A DNA stretch of 61,147 nt, filler included, from Porpidia crustulata (taxonomy: Eukaryota), in assembly GCA_964255105.1 (NCBI GenBank). It is 3 parts of 3 records of this genome, joined end to end, with 100 filler letters (N's around TTAATTAATTAA, not from the genome) between each part and the next. Parts side by side here need not be neighbours in the genome. Positions count along the whole stretch, not along the records: positions 1 to 20,393 come from CAXUWE010000116.1; positions 20,494 to 40,800 come from CAXUWE010000119.1; 1 more part is not named here. One strand, given 5' to 3'. How positions within the stretch are numbered: the first letter of the stretch is position 1; the number at the start of each line of letters is the position of its first letter. The notes below the pieces were generated by a model, which saw only the letters and a list, made by a program, of their open reading frames with translations, made no database searches and had not been told where the DNA came from. The position numbers and the translations under genes were made by a program. Below are positions 13,072 through 26,842 of the stretch, in pieces.

Positions 13072-14211
13072 ATGGACCGATTTGCGACCGCAATGGACCA
13101 AGAGAAAGCTCTCCCTGGACTACGACATGAACCATTCAATCCAATATTCCCGTCATTGCAGAACGTATCACAAGAGTCCGAACGTCCCAACTTTCTTGAA
13201 AACCATCCATATCCGCTTGGGAGAGACGTTCCCAGTGACGAAGCGTTGAGGAAGATACGAACTGCCAACTCCATCACCATCAGTCCAGGTAAGGCCGCTG
13301 AAACGATTACTCGGCGTACATAATATGTCAGTTAACAGAGGTGGCCAGAGTTATTCGAGAAAATCTATCTGAGTCCACAGAATGCGGTTAAGGGCGACCT
13401 TCGATCAACGTTTGGCAATCCTACCCCGTTGGCCCTGCTTGGCTATCTCCTTAGTCTAAGCCCGCTCTCTTGCGAGTTAATGGGTTGGAGAGGAGCGGGA
13501 GGAGCTGGTATAGCTACGACTGGTGCTTATTATTTCATCGTAAGTTTGATTGTGCCGGTCCATGGCAGCAAACATTGGCTAACGTGGTTTCCGTTCCTAG
13601 GGAGGCGTTCTAATGTTACTCGGTGGTATCTTAGAATTCTTCCTTGGAAATACCTTCTCTTTCGTCGTCTTCTGCTCTTTCGGCGGCTTCTGGCTCACCC
13701 TCGGAAGCACCTTAACCCCAGCCTTCAATGCCTATGGCGCATACGCGCCGCCCGACCCGTCCACGACTACTGCTGGCATTGATAGCGCAGGGTTTCACGC
13801 TAGCTACGGCTTCTTCCTCCTCTTCATGGGCCTCCTCTGCTTCATGTACCTCATCTGCGCAATGCGGACCAACATTGTTTTTGTAACCATCTTTCTTGGT
13901 CTATTTTTGACTTTTGTTGTTCTGACGGGCTCTTACTGGCAACTTGCTCTAGGCCATCATCAAACGGCAGCAAGGCTGCAAATAGTATGTCCTCGCTACG
14001 ATAATAATTTAATGCTCGGCAGCTAATATGATCTTTCTGTAAGGCCGCAGGGGCGTTTGGATTCATGGCCTGCATGGCTGGATGGTGGATTTTTTTCGCG
14101 CAGATGCTCGCCTCAGTCGACTTCCCAATCCAAATCCCAGTTGGGGATATCAGCCATATCATCAAAGGCGGGAGCACAAGAATCCAGGAAAGGGAACAAT
14201 TCCGAGCTTAG
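13072..14211 (+). CDS. GPR1/FUN34/YaaH (ATO/AlcS-like) membrane transporter, 4 exons; start codon uncertain
   Basis: TANSITISP|ELFEKIYLSP...FGNPTPLALLGY, GILEFFLGNTFSFVVFCSFGGFWL, ICAMRTNIVF, ASVDFPIQIPVGDISH. Confidence 0.85.
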
Positions 14212-15292
14212 GCGCTTCTTCACAATCTTGGAAAGACTGTAGCTACAAAGTCGGTCATATTTGGAACACGAGCGAGGGTATATTATGCATCAAGGCAGGG
14301 CCAGAATTTAGAGATATTGGGAAAGCGTGTGACTCGGCCTGGCAAAGGGCGAAATTGGTAATTTGGCGGGTATGGGTGTAAAAGCATGAACTTGTATCAT
14401 GGACTCCGTGATTGCATAGGCTTAACCATAAGAGACCTATCGAAGAGCGCTGTTAAAAATACCACCACCGGCATCTGTCTTGAAATGTTTCACTCTCTGT
14501 CTTGGGTAAGCAACCTTCAACTTCGACAACGGCCTACTCCCTTGTAGATGCACTTTTCTTAGCAAGCCATATACACCGTGGCTACACACATCTATGCCAA
14601 TAAGCATGCCTTCAAGCGATTTTCAGAAATCGTTCGAACGTATCGTCCTCGGGGGCCAGGTCCAGAAGCCCAGATTCCGGGATTTCAATTTATGAGCTGC
14701 TTGAGATGAAACGGCGCTTGTTACCTACCTCGCTGTAGTGCCAGAGCAGCGATTCGTAGCTCTGGCCATCGGCGGCTATCGAGATTTGGCCTGTAACAGT
14801 GCCCATCGGGAGACAAACCACCTATATCTTTGCTAGTGATCCTTTACTCGTGTAAGGAAAAGACGGGATGCTGGTTTGTTCTTGCACCCATGCGTATCGA
14901 GATAAGGCTTAGCTTACAATAGTCGACAGCGTATTGATTTTGAATGTCGAAATAGCGTAGAATTAATATGGTATGTAGAGCTGACGTTGATCAACTCTTC
15001 TGTAACAACTTAAAAATCTCTTAATTAATCCAGCGGAAATCCAGCGGTGACGCTCTCGATTGTGGAGTGAATGGTGATACTCGAATAGACGATATCTTCA
15101 AGGTCCTGTTAAGGGCCATAATATCCCATAATTTTAGTAGGCAAGCGACGTCATCCTTTGAGCACCAGCGCTATGCATTCCGCCTCCCCTCCCGCACAGA
15201 CGCCCAGTCCATCTATGAAATCAACTTGTCATGATTACTAGCAAATATGTATACGATCTTTGTGGGCTAACAGATAGACTGTAGCAGTGTTC

Positions 15293-18200
15293 TCACTTCC
15301 ACGCATTGAGACCAGCCCAGGGATCGTCGTGAGCTTGCTGAGAAATGCCACCGCTGTGAGTTGGTGCTTGGTGATAGGCATAACCACCAGTTCCTGCCGG
15401 ATATGGAACGCCTGGACTTCTGTGATCCATCTGAGCGCTCGGTGGTGGCCCAGGCGGTGGTGGAGGAGGTACGTAGCCTTGCGGAAGATATTGACCTGAC
15501 TGAGCATACTGGAGATGATTTTGGGGCACAGATGCTGGAAAGTAGACTCCTTGATTTGGTGGCGGCGGGACGGGCGTTTGGTGGGGATATGCCATCGGAT
15601 TATAGAGATCACCATGCGCTGGTCCGCCGAGATTTTGACGCGATTCCTGTGCTTCAAGCCCTGGGTTGCCATTAGACGCTGAAGTATGTTGTGGATAGCC
15701 TTGGAAGATAATCGTGTCAGGAGTATGGGAGGCAGGAGGAGGATTGCCACTGCTCCGCGCCCCTTTCGAGTTGTATGGGGGTGATGCTGATGTGGATGTT
15801 GTAATGTAAGGATCATTTAGTTGCGACGATTTTGGTAGGGGCATTGGACGTGATATCGAATGCTTCGTAGGTGATGTTGATGATGATGGATCCATGGACA
15901 TACGCTCCATGAGCTCCCGGAGCCTGTCTCGTTCTTTGTCTGCTTGACCTCCTGCATTGCTCGATCTGTCGCGCTCGATTTGACCCAACAGCTGCGCCCC
16001 TTCCGATCTTCGGTTGCTCACAAATGTCTCCACGTTCTGCTCAAGGCTATCGACTGTGTCTTTCATCTCTGAATAGAAGCTTTGCGCTCTTGTAAGTCCA
16101 GCAATCTGATCATTGAACGCCTGAAAGACTTTTTTGTACTTAGTTAGCACTATGTTTCGCTGCCGCGTAAAACTTTCGTACTTGGCCTGCTCCGCCCGGA
16201 CTCTCCTGTCTTGGAGTAAGTCGCCATAGAATTTGGTCAACTCCTTCATGATGGCAGTCTGCTTATGAGTCGCTTGCAACAACCGATTTTGATGCGGCCT
16301 GAACTTTTCGAGCTCGACTTGGAAAAGTTGATTCTCCTGATTTGTAATTGATTTCTTGTTGAGGATGAGAACACTTGATATGTCGTCGTTGTGAACCTAT
16401 ATGTCATGCGGTAAGCCAATGGTGAAGTCAAATGTGAGCTATGATCTGACCTTCTCCTTGAGATCTTTCAAGACCTGCATCCTATCACGCTTGACCAGGT
16501 GCAGCCTCTTCAACAGGTCTTCCACTCTGGCAATTTGGTCTGTAACACTGATACCGCCCTCGCCGTAGTCTTCATCCAACAGATTCCCTTCGTTGCTTGC
16601 GGACATAGGGCTGCTGACACCATTCCTGGCCCGGCCGCGATTTGCGCCTGATTTCAGCATAGCTTGCCGGTACAACACGTCGGCTTCGTCTGTTTCACCA
16701 GCAGAACGCATTTCGTCGAAGTCTGACTCGTATTGTCGAGAAGTACCGAAAAGCCGAGCATCACTACTGCTAGCTTCGTCGATTGCGGCACGATAACTCT
16801 TGATGTCGGTCCGAAGCGTGGAGGTCAACCTCGAGCTCGGTTGCTGCGTCCAATCTCCACCATACTTAGATCGCATCTTTTCACACACGCTTTCCTCCAT
16901 ATCTAGCTGCTTACTACAAATATCCAGGACGCTTAGTATACTAGCTTTGTCGGCCTGCAGATGTTCGAAAGCTCTTCCGAAATGTTCATGCCCTGCGAGA
17001 TCTTCGCACCAAGTCCGGAATTCTTCGTCGACGACCGTCTCTTGATCCATGCCACCCTTCAAAACTTCTAGACTCTCTGGCAGTTTCAGGTAGTCCAGAC
17101 TTGCCGCCATCTCCCCATCAGCGGCTTCTACATTCTCCGACTCTGCTCGAACCAACTTGGCCTTTTCCTCATCATATAAACTTGCAGACTCGGTAACGGA
17201 CATAGGGACAATTTTTTGGAAAATATCAGGCCCGATAATCCTTTGGATATCTTGGCCCTGGTAGAGCTCACTTACCGGAATTGCTTTCGCGGCTGGTAAT
17301 TTTGGAATTACACTCATCGTGGCTTCAGCAGGGATGATCTGGTGATAGATAAAATCGTTGTCTTTGTTGAATGAAACAAGCTTCTCCTGAACATTAGCAA
17401 GATGTCTTTTGGTGGTCTCACTTAAGCTAGATCCTGTTTCTAGGCTGAGATTTGAGTTTGGCGAGACCGAGGAAGGAAAAGCATTCGCTATCCGGGCTGC
17501 GTCCCTCCCTTCAACCTCAGCGATCTGCAGTCTTGCGATTGCGGTTCCATGGGAATTGGCATCATCATCGGCCAGTGCTTGGTAGTACTGGGCCACAGAA
17601 GAAATATAATTGGCTTTGACCTGGACAACGAGTAGCCACAGCTTGTCAAAAATGTTTTTGGCGACGTTCTCTTGCACGCCCTCTGAAGCTTGAGCATAGA
17701 GATAAGCTGCTTGACTTGCAAGCTTAGCAAGTAAGCCAACTTTCTTCCCATCGGCAACCTGCTTTTCCAGAAACACTTCCTGGCCCTGAGCGAGCATTAT
17801 AGCAATCAGGGTCTTGACCGTATCTCGACTCAGATCCGTTGATGGAGCGTGCAGGAAATTCTCGTTGATGTAGGTAAACATACCAGCGGCAGCTTGAAAT
17901 GAATGGTAAGCTGTCTTTAGCCCTGTGTCGTCAAAGCGATTTTGATGAGCAGCATGACATGAAAGTACAGCAGAAATGTTGAAGATGATAGAGGCTTTCT
18001 CATAGGCAAGAGAGTACTGTGATGTAGGCTTGTGGGTGAAGGCATCGAACCTGAGCATGAACCGTTGTTAGCTTGTGTAAGAAGACCTGGTGTCTCAACA
18101 CTGGTACAGCGTACCATGTGAAGGATACTTTAATGTGATTTTCGTCAACTGGAAACCTTAGATCCAACAGCTCCAGCTGTCCATAATATCTATACAGCAG

Positions 18201-18392
18201 ATCTCGGCCAGCTGCGCTATCCTGGCCCGCTCCTCGCATGTCCTGTCGCAACCTGTTGAGGGTATTGCACTCCTCAGCATATATTTCAGGATCATCACCA
18301 TATGTCTGCCGGATATAACCCTTCAAAGGCGAAATCCAGTCAATCTCATTGGTCTGCTTGAGCGGACTTGAAATCATCGGCGGTTGCAACAT
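15293..18392 (-). CDS. BRO1: Vacuolar protein-sorting protein Bro1 (BRO1 domain, V domain, Pro-rich tail), 3 exons
   Basis: MISSPLKQTNEIDW...LNRLRQDMRGAG...LLYRYYGQLELLDLRFPV...FTW|FDAFT...SLAYEKASIIFN, KDNDFIYHQ, PMSVTESASLYDEEKAKL, C-terminal PPPPPPGPPP. Confidence 0.93.
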
Positions 18393-19270
18393 GCTGGTTT
18401 CTATTTTGCGGACACCTTGGGTCACCGCAGCCCGCTCCTTGGCCCTGATAGTTTAATTCTAGAACGGCGCCGATGTAGTTGTAGTCGGATCTTAGTAGCC
18501 GATGTATAGATCGCTGTGCTCGTAAGCTGTTCCACGGGCAAAAAGCTCGACGGAGCCCAAGCTATTTGGTGTAGTAGAATCTGCAGTCATAATGAGAGTG
18601 CCATCACTTTTCGGGTGATACTGTGACTTGATGACGGCTTTCGCAATCCACCTATTACATGCATTTCAGAGCCTGTGAGCACAACCACGTGACATAGAGC
18701 GCTTAAAATACCAGGGGACTATACCCCCTATTTATTACTCGCTCACTCACTCACCCTATCTGCATTCTCACGGCCTTCTGGTAAAGACTTTTGCCTACTA
18801 TGCTGCCCACGTCAGACAGATATCAAGCTCGTTGTTTCATCCAATGCCTTGCAAAGAGCTTCAAGTTTGAATACAGCGGACACTCATTTATCCACCTAAA
18901 TTTCCGTGGCTACTGAGAGTGCCACCGCCAATCGGTGACGCAGGCGGACACATTGCAAGGCCTCAACCGATGTACCAATTATGCTACGGTAGGCTACTAC
19001 TACATTTCGCCTTAGTACCTAGGTAGTCTTTCCTTGACTTCACCTAATCGCTGCGCTTTGGCCGAATATAGTGGTTTTGCTGCTGCGATTGGATGGAACC
19101 CAATCGCATTGGATCTCGGCTTGAGCTGAGCTGAGATGAGAGTGTCTTCCATATTGTACATCCGTTGTTATAGTACCATGTGATGAAGCGGATTATATGT
19201 ACATCTGAGCTCCATCCCGACAGTCATCACGACGCATGACTGTTCCTATAGGATCTCCGTTGAGTATTCA

Positions 19271-20393
19271 TTACCCAGATCCCGTTCCCTTTCTCGCGTC
19301 CTCGTCTCCACTCTTGTCTTCCACCTTCGTACCTGCATCGGAAGTTTCCGGTGGAAGATTATCGTGCTGGTGGGTGAGTTTATGCCATGCGGTTTTGAGG
19401 AAGCTTTCGTTCCTATGAGAATTGTCAGGTTGCTTCGGGGCGTCATTTCCGCTACCACCTGGAAGCTCGCTAGTTTCGGAAGAGCTGTCAGCTAATGAGC
19501 ACCCAAGAAACTCTCCCAGTAGCTCAGCCATACCTAGACTTCCCAACATTCATGACCCGCTTAGCTGTTTTGTCCCCCATTTCATCTGCCAGCATTTCTA
19601 GTATTGTTCGCTGATTCGCACTGAGGTACTTCGGCATAGCAACCTTATATTCAACACGTAGATCTCCAGACGCACTCCTTCGGTTACCCAGCTTTGGCAT
19701 TCCCATACCGCTTAGGTTTATAATGTCGCCAGTGCCGGTCCCGGTGGCAACCTTAAGCTTGGCTTCTCCATCTAGGGTCGGAATTTTAACTTCTCCGCCC
19801 AGGACTGCGGTCGTCAGTGGAATCAAAGCGGTGTACAGCACATCTGCACCAGATCGGCCAAATTTGGTGTCCGGAGCTACCCTGATAAAGACGTAGAGGT
19901 CTCCTCGGGACGATCGCGCGTTTGGATTTGCGGCTGTGCCAGTGGGCGGTGCATCTCCCTCGCCGGAGACCCGGAGGCGCATACCATCTTCCACCCCCCC
20001 TGGTATGTCGATAGTAACAGTCTTGCGCTCTCTAATGACTCCATTTCCGCTGCAGGTCCGACATTCCCCCCCTCGTGGGACTACCACACCTTGTCCGCCA
20101 CAGTTATCGCAGGTGCTAGCCATTTGGAACCCAGCTTGGACGAATTGAATCCTTGTGCCTGTACCGCCGCACTTATTGCAAGTTGACCGTGACTGCCCTT
20201 TCTTCAAGCCGCTTCCAGAGCAAGTCTTGCATGGTGCGAGTGGTGTAATGTAGATATCTTTGCTTGTGCCCTTCGCGGCATCCATAAATGATATATTCGT
20301 CTGCACTTCGATATTCTGGCCAACCAGGACTTCCTCCTGGAATGGTGACTGGCGCGAACCTCTGCCCCTCCTTCACCCGCCCGGAAATGCCCC
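19271..20393 (-). CDS. MDJ1: Type I DnaJ co-chaperone, mitochondrial Mdj1-like; 5' part lost at the contig end
   Basis: Four CxxCxGxG repeats ([32 protein letters not shown]), [25 protein letters not shown], and a fungal Mdj1-like tail ([14 protein letters not shown]...[12 protein letters not shown]). The J domain is not in the window. Confidence 0.85.
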
Positions 20394-20493
20394 NNNNNNN
20401 NNNNNNNNNNNNNNNNNNNNNNNNNNNNNNNNNNNNNTTAATTAATTAANNNNNNNNNNNNNNNNNNNNNNNNNNNNNNNNNNNNNNNNNNNN
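20394..20493. other. Artificial contig-joining spacer (44 N + TTAATTAATTAA + 44 N)
   Basis: Exactly 100 nt containing a six-frame stop linker; an identical structure occurs at 40801-40900. Confidence 0.97.
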
Positions 20494-22249
20494 GGGTATG
20501 GTTGAGGGAGTTGAATTGCGCAATGGGAGATGGATGATGGGTTAGTTTGTGAAATGAACCAATTGACAGGGAAGAGCGCAGATAACGAGGAGAGGAAGAA
20601 AGGTACCGGACAACCAAACTCGGCATCCATGAAGCTTTTTCTGTGTAGCAATGAGACACAGAAGGAAGATATCGGGTCAAAACAACGGCTCGGGAAAATT
20701 TCCTCGTTACAGCTCAACGCGGTAGCTTGATTGACTTTTCATTGCTACCTACACCCCGAATTTTACGAAACTCGAACCTGATACCATAGATAAAACGAGC
20801 TCTATCGCTATCCAGCACAAAAACATCAAAATCAAAACGCCACACCGATTAGCTCACCAAACGCCCGAGCTTCGCAGCCGTCCGCGCCCGTTTGGCATTG
20901 ATTGACGTTCGGAAGCACCCGGGGGAATCGGGACTCGAGAATGACATCGGGCTAAGCGACTGATTGTAAATAATGCAGGAGGCTGGCGGATGATGGCATG
21001 GCGGTTGAACCGTGGTTCTGGTAGTGTATGGCGGAGACAGGGGGATTTAAGCGCGTTGTTTATCTAGATATATGCCTGCGAAGCGTACATGATAAGAAAC
21101 TTTTCCGTTTTGGGGCATGTAAACGGAACCATGTAAACGTGGGCGCGTTTATTTTTGGCTTGAATGGGAGTTATTTGAAGGCAAGGAGCGAGCGTGGGAG
21201 ATCGGCTGATGATGGGGAGGGCGATGTGATAGAGCTGGGGTTTGTGAAGCTCTTTCTTGTTTATTTTTTTTTTTTTCAACTTTAGAACTATCTACCGCCA
21301 CGAAGCATGACTTTGGCAGTCGTAACCGGCAGCTGAGCTCAATCCCAACATTTTCCTCATATCATGCTCTTTCTGCGCAAGTAATTCTTTTCCAGTACGT
21401 TGCGGCAGCGCCACACCGTTCGCAGCTTGGATTGCGCGGGCCCTTCGTTGCGCAGATACCCCTTTCTGGTTTAGTCAGGTACTCCTGCGAGGGCGTTTAC
21501 CGCTATACGATATCGTTCCGGATATTTGGTGCCTGCTGAGCATGTTTGTAAACAAATTAATAAATCGCGCGGAGTCGATAGTTTGGTAACCTACCGATTC
21601 CCAGCCTCCCCCTTTCCGAAATCTTCCGCATTTTCGAGGGGGGGATGGGTATATAATAGTATGCGATCCCTCTACTTTTTTTCTTCTGTGTCCCTCGGGG
21701 CACTCGCAACAAACACACCCACCTTATCCAGCTAAGTATTCCATCCTCCCTTTCCCTTTCTCAATTGCTCACAGCTTCCAGCTTAACTAACATAGTCTTC
21801 AACCAATTGCTCCAACCCGCTAAGTCTCTCTATGCTTCCCTTCCATACTAATCACTAACAGCTTGTAGATTCTTCCCCAGTAATTTGCGCTGTAGTCCCT
21901 AATAGTAAACTGTATTTTGCTCCTTATGGGCAGTGATCAATTAACTACTCAACTCTTTTATCAAACCTTTGCCAAGTGACTTCACTCTCGCTGTCCTCCC
22001 AGTGACACTTCTACTCTTCTAATGTTTTGAACCTCCCACTCACATCTATCCACAGCCTTTAACATTAGTCTTCTGCTTTCGACCTTCTAACAACCTTCTA
22101 ACTTACTTACTATCTTCCAACTGCTCTTCTTCTTGGCAGTCAAACATTCTCAACCTCACCTATTCATACTCACCTCATCGGCCTTACTTCATCGGCCTTA
22201 CCTCCTCAACCTCACCTATCACTGCTGGGAACATGGTAATTCTGGGATA

Positions 22250-23350
22250 TGAGTAAGTCACCTTTTCTCCAATCTTCTGAGCCTCGAACATCTCACTAAC
22301 ACTTTTTGAGACTTCTGGGATATTTAGATAGGCATCTGGTATGGTGCAACCTACACAATCATACAACAACAAAAAGAACCACAGACACCGGTTCAAAACA
22401 ACCATCCAAAAAAACACCAAAACAACACAAAGAGAAAGGAAATAAAGAAATAAGGGAACAAGAGAACAAGGGAACAAGGGAACAAGGGAACAAGGGGGAA
22501 ATGGAACTGGGAACTGGAAAAGGAATGGGAAAGGGAACTAGAAAGGCAAAGGGAACTAGAAAGGGAAAGGGAACAAGAATGGGAAATGGGAACTGGGAAA
22601 TGGGAACTGGAAAGGGAAATAGGAGCTGGAAAGGGAAATAGAAACGGAAAGGGAAAGGATCATTGGCATACTGGCTTGGGAACTCGGACTTTAGACATAG
22701 AGATGGAAATGGGAAACTGGAAACTGGAAACTGGAAGCTGGAACATCGGACACCTGGAGAGCACAAGTAAGTCACCGCCTCCTTCCTAACCAACTAACTC
22801 CACATCCACTAACAACCTCCCCAACCTTTGGGTTTTTTTAGATAGATACTCGGCATCGTGCAACAAAAAAAAAACACACGGCCACCGATAATTCAACAAG
22901 ACTGTCAAATAAAATATACAAACCATAACAAAAAAAAAGAGAAAAAAGAATCAAAGACACAGATTCACGATACAACTACCAAATAAAAGGTATGCAAAAG
23001 AACATAACAATAACATAGATAGAATAGATAGATAGAGCCATGGGCTACTGGCTTAGGATACTTGGGCTTTGGGAACTTAGACATCGAGACGGAGCTTCTT
23101 GGATAATTAGAACATAGGTAAGTCCTTGCATCCTTCTAACCAATCTCACAACACCACTGACATACCTCTTCAGCTTTTTAGATATTTAGATAGCCACCGC
23201 ACATTGTGCACCACACCGCCATCAAGGCAGTCAAAGACACCAGACACAATCACCACCCAAAAAAAGAAAAGGAATCAAAGACACAGATTCCAAAATAAAA
23301 GGAAAAGAAGGATAGAGTCACAGACACAGACTTGGGAAGGAAATGGTATG
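22250..23350 (+). repeat. Three degenerate ~350-510 bp modules with an embedded GGGAAC-type purine microsatellite
   Basis: GTAAGTC recurs at 22253, 22767 and 23118, each followed by a CTRAC-like motif, TTTAGATAG and A-rich blocks. GAATCAAAGACACAGATTC occurs in modules 2 and 3. A GGGAAC/GGGAAA tract spans ~22450-22660. Confidence 0.6.
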
Positions 23351-23456
23351 CACAACGAGAATGCATAGGAACTCACAAGGGAGTTGTAGATAGATGGGCT
23401 GGTCATTGGTTTGGGGCTTTGGTAACGGGCTTGGGTTATGAGCTTGGGTTTGGTTC

Positions 23457-23665
23457 TTGGCTAGCTGTGGCCTTTACAGCGGTGGTGGATCTCTTTGGTG
23501 GTGGATACTCGAGATGTTTGGAATTTGGGTATTGGGGCTTGGACTTTGGCTAGCTGTGGCCTACACAGCGGTGGAGGATTTCTTTGGTGGAGGATACTTG
23601 AAATGCGGGTGTTGGAATTTGGACCTTGGCTAGCTGTGGCCTATACAGCGATGATGGATCTCCTC
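23457..23665 (+). repeat. Tandem repeat, three copies with ~80-89 bp period
   Basis: TTGGCTAGCTGTGGCCT starts at 23457, 23546 and 23626, each followed by ACAGCG and GGAT; copies 1 and 2 also share CTTTGGTGGNGGATACT. Confidence 0.8.
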
Positions 23666-24947
23666 TTGCTACAGTCTTATGGCCGGATAGTTGGGATATT
23701 TCTGTTTTTCGATTTGGTTGTTGGGCGATTTTTATATGGGGTGAGTTGTACGATAATGGTGGACTTATTCTATGGGCGAAGGTCAGCGATGGTGGGCTTT
23801 AGGATGTTCGTAGCTTGGGCTTGATGGCCTCCTATGTTCTGTACAGCAGATCCCTAGATTAGAGCATTCTTGAGAGTAGGTAGTATATAGGTGCAAATAA
23901 AATCCAAGACCGCTTTGCACAATTATGAAATAGCCTACAAGTAATACGCAAAGGAGTCAAAAGGTCATTTGAGGACTGGGGAAAATGTGAAAATCTCTCT
24001 TACACAACACCAGCCAACCTTGAAAGATGTCAATTATACATATTAGGAGATTGGTTTAAGTAAAATGGGAGACTCAAATAACTAGGGATTTGAAGTTCTG
24101 CACCCTGGAAACCCTTATTCCTACCGGGTATACCTACACTTTCACCCTGAGGTTATTGATCATGATAGGTAGATTAAGAGAGGTTGATGCGGAGCAAAAG
24201 CATTATTAAGGACCTCAAGGTCAGGATCATAGCTCACAAATCAAATCAGTATTACCACATGTGGTAGAAAGAGACATTTAATACCTTCTTGTGAACAGCT
24301 GGCATAACATCAGTGGAATGTATCACACATAGCCGTATGACACACTATGAGGAAGCCGGTCCGTAGCGTCCCACACCAGCATGCAAGAGCATGATTTGGT
24401 GAAGGATCACAGAGATTCTCTTTATAAGTCACTATGTGTAAAATCTTGGACGGATCTGTGTCCCTGGGAGTGGAGACCCTAAAGTGGTACGAAGATCTCC
24501 GTTTATCGCCTTGTGACTAGTAAGTGGAGAGTGTCTGCGAGTCTTTACTGGCGCCGGTGTTTTTCGTGTAGATTTGCAAATACCTTGGACAGTGTTTGGA
24601 GGTGCTCATGGTTAGATTACCAGTTTTTTTCTGGTATAGCCGCAGCTATGAGCGATACATTTCCAGGTGATGCGCCGACACTCGTTGGATGATTGGTATT
24701 CTGTTCCAATGGTTCGAGAATTTCGGGTTTCTAATCAGGCGTGCCTGTCGATATTGTTTCGGTTTGATAGATGCAATATCATAAGAGCAAGGAGCTCTAA
24801 CTGGTCTGGCTTATTGGTTTCATTTGCATGTATGGAGACTCGGACGGGCGCCTGGAGTTAAAGCAATTTCCCAGTCCTAGGCTTTGACCCTGCCGAGCAG
24901 GAGCTTCACGAGGTCTTGACAGTCGTAGAAAGATATAGACGTTTGGT

Positions 24948-26343
24948 TCAGATTTTTGTCTTATGACGCACTTCCTGGGCGGACTTCGATGCTTCAGCTT
25001 TCTCGTCGGCAATGAGAGACTCAATATCTCTATCTTTCAGCCAAGCCCGTACACTTTCCATTACCTCATCAAGACTATCGCCACCCTCGAGAATGTTGTC
25101 TAAGTGATGCAGCGTGATTCCGCTTCGATGATCAGTGACACGTTGTTGATTCCAATTATAAGTCCTAATCTTGTCGCCGCGGGCCATTGTTGATGTGCCA
25201 ATGACACTGAGTCTTACAGCCGCCTTTTGCTCTTCTCTTTCATCACGCCTTGCCTGTGCGATCCTCGCTCGTAAGATTTGCCATGCTTTGGCACGATTTC
25301 TTTGTTGGGATCTTGAGTCTTGCGTTGCGACGACAGTGTTGGTCGGAATATGCGTGAGCCGAACCGCAGAATCTGTTGTGTTTACATGCTGACCCCCTGC
25401 ACCTCTCGCACGATAAACATCTGTTCTTACGTCTTTTGGGTTGACATAGTAATCACTATCGGGACTTTCGAAATTACTGACCCCTAGCTCGTCACCCCCT
25501 TCAGGAATGTTGGGTAATACGACGATCGACACAGCGCTGGTGTGGGTTCTGCCCTGCTTCTCTGTACTGGGTACTCTCTGTACTCTATGTACACCTGCCT
25601 CACACCTAAGCAACCCGTATGTTCCTTCACCTTCAATCTCTAGAACAGCTTCTTGGATCTCGGTCTCCGAGGCAGTGCCAGCCGTTGCTTCGTCAAGCTT
25701 GATGATTTTTGCATGGATCCTATGTCGCTTGCAGAAAGCCTGATACATACGCAGTAGATCGCCAGCAAAAAGCCCAGCCTCAGATCCACCAGCTCCGGGG
25801 CGTATTTCAAGTAGGCATGAGAGATGTGCAAACGGGTCCACTGGTACTAAACTTGCTTGAAGACGATTCGCAATAGAATTTAGGCTGCCTGAGGTACTTC
25901 CCAGCTCGTCTTCAGCTAGTGAGCGTAATTCCGCGTCGGTGGAAGGGTCCCGTAGCAGCTTTTGGAGCTCCGAAAGTGACTATGATAATAAGTCAAGGCG
26001 TCTAGTAGCTTGATAAGGAGTTGAACTGACGTCGCTAGCCGAGTTCCATTCCTTTAATGCTTTTGCGGCAGGAGAAAGTTCCCCCACCTTTTTCGCTATT
26101 TGTGCTTCGTATCCAATTGCAAGCTGATGTGATAGCTGGTCGTGCTCAACGGCGAATGATTTGGCTCGCCTTAGTAAAGCTGGGGGGATGATGGGGAGTG
26201 GTGCAGCTGCTACTCAAATATATCAGCTCGACCTCATACTGTTGGAGCAGCGGGCGGATTTAACCAGTGCTTTGATACCGAGCAATCTTGCAGGATACAC
26301 TGAGTCTATGGAACTTCGTACATGCGCACCACGTCCTAATCAT
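24948..26343 (-). CDS. MRF1: Mitochondrial peptide chain release factor 1, 3 exons
   Basis: LEIRPGAGGSEAGLFA, EAGVHRVQRVPSTE (PxT motif), RTHTSAV, GAGGQHVNTTDSAVRLTH (GGQ), IRTYNWNQQRVTDHR; basic N-terminal presequence. Confidence 0.93.
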
Positions 26344-26842
26344 GCTAAGTATATACAATCGAATTTGGTTCAAAAAGCATAGGTCGGCAGTTTTCTGCAT
26401 CTGCGGCCGCTCTACCGAAATTGTAATCTATTTCGGACCCTGCATTAGCGTGCTATACCGGCATTAAGATCGTAACCCCGTGTGCCCTGTGTGCCGTCAA
26501 TGTGGGCTACTTCAACAACTTTAGATATCACGCAAGTTCTCCGTGATACCTCAGTGATTTTCAGTAGACTGAAGCACTTGCCCTTAGTATCTTCAACGCG
26601 CGCAGACTGCTCGCGCTCACAAGGTCCCCGGTACTGTCTGTTTTCTGACGGCCGGACTCTCCAATCTGTCTAGGCATGACGTATGAAAATTTGATCAACC
26701 CCACCAGAACCTGCCAACTATCCTCCCTCGTCTATGTCCCTCTCGTCCGTATCTTGTAAAATATCCGAGCATATAAATAAGCAGTCGTACTTGAGCCAAT
26801 TATCAAATATCTAGCATTTGTGTACAAAATAGCTTAACCATC

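Noticed and set aside
20438..20449. TTAATTAATTAA palindrome as a piggyBac-type TSD or regulatory site
   Set aside because: It is embedded symmetrically in Ns and repeated at 40845, so it is a synthetic linker.
20494..21050. 5' exons of MDJ1 continuing across the gap
   Set aside because: No J domain or HPD motif was found. An exon-intron-like stretch (GTGAGC donor, ACTAAC branch on the minus strand) may belong to another truncated gene but is unsupported.
22306..22793. ORFs rich in G/K/E or F/P repeats on either strand
   Set aside because: These are by-products of a GGGAAC-type microsatellite with no supporting gene structure.
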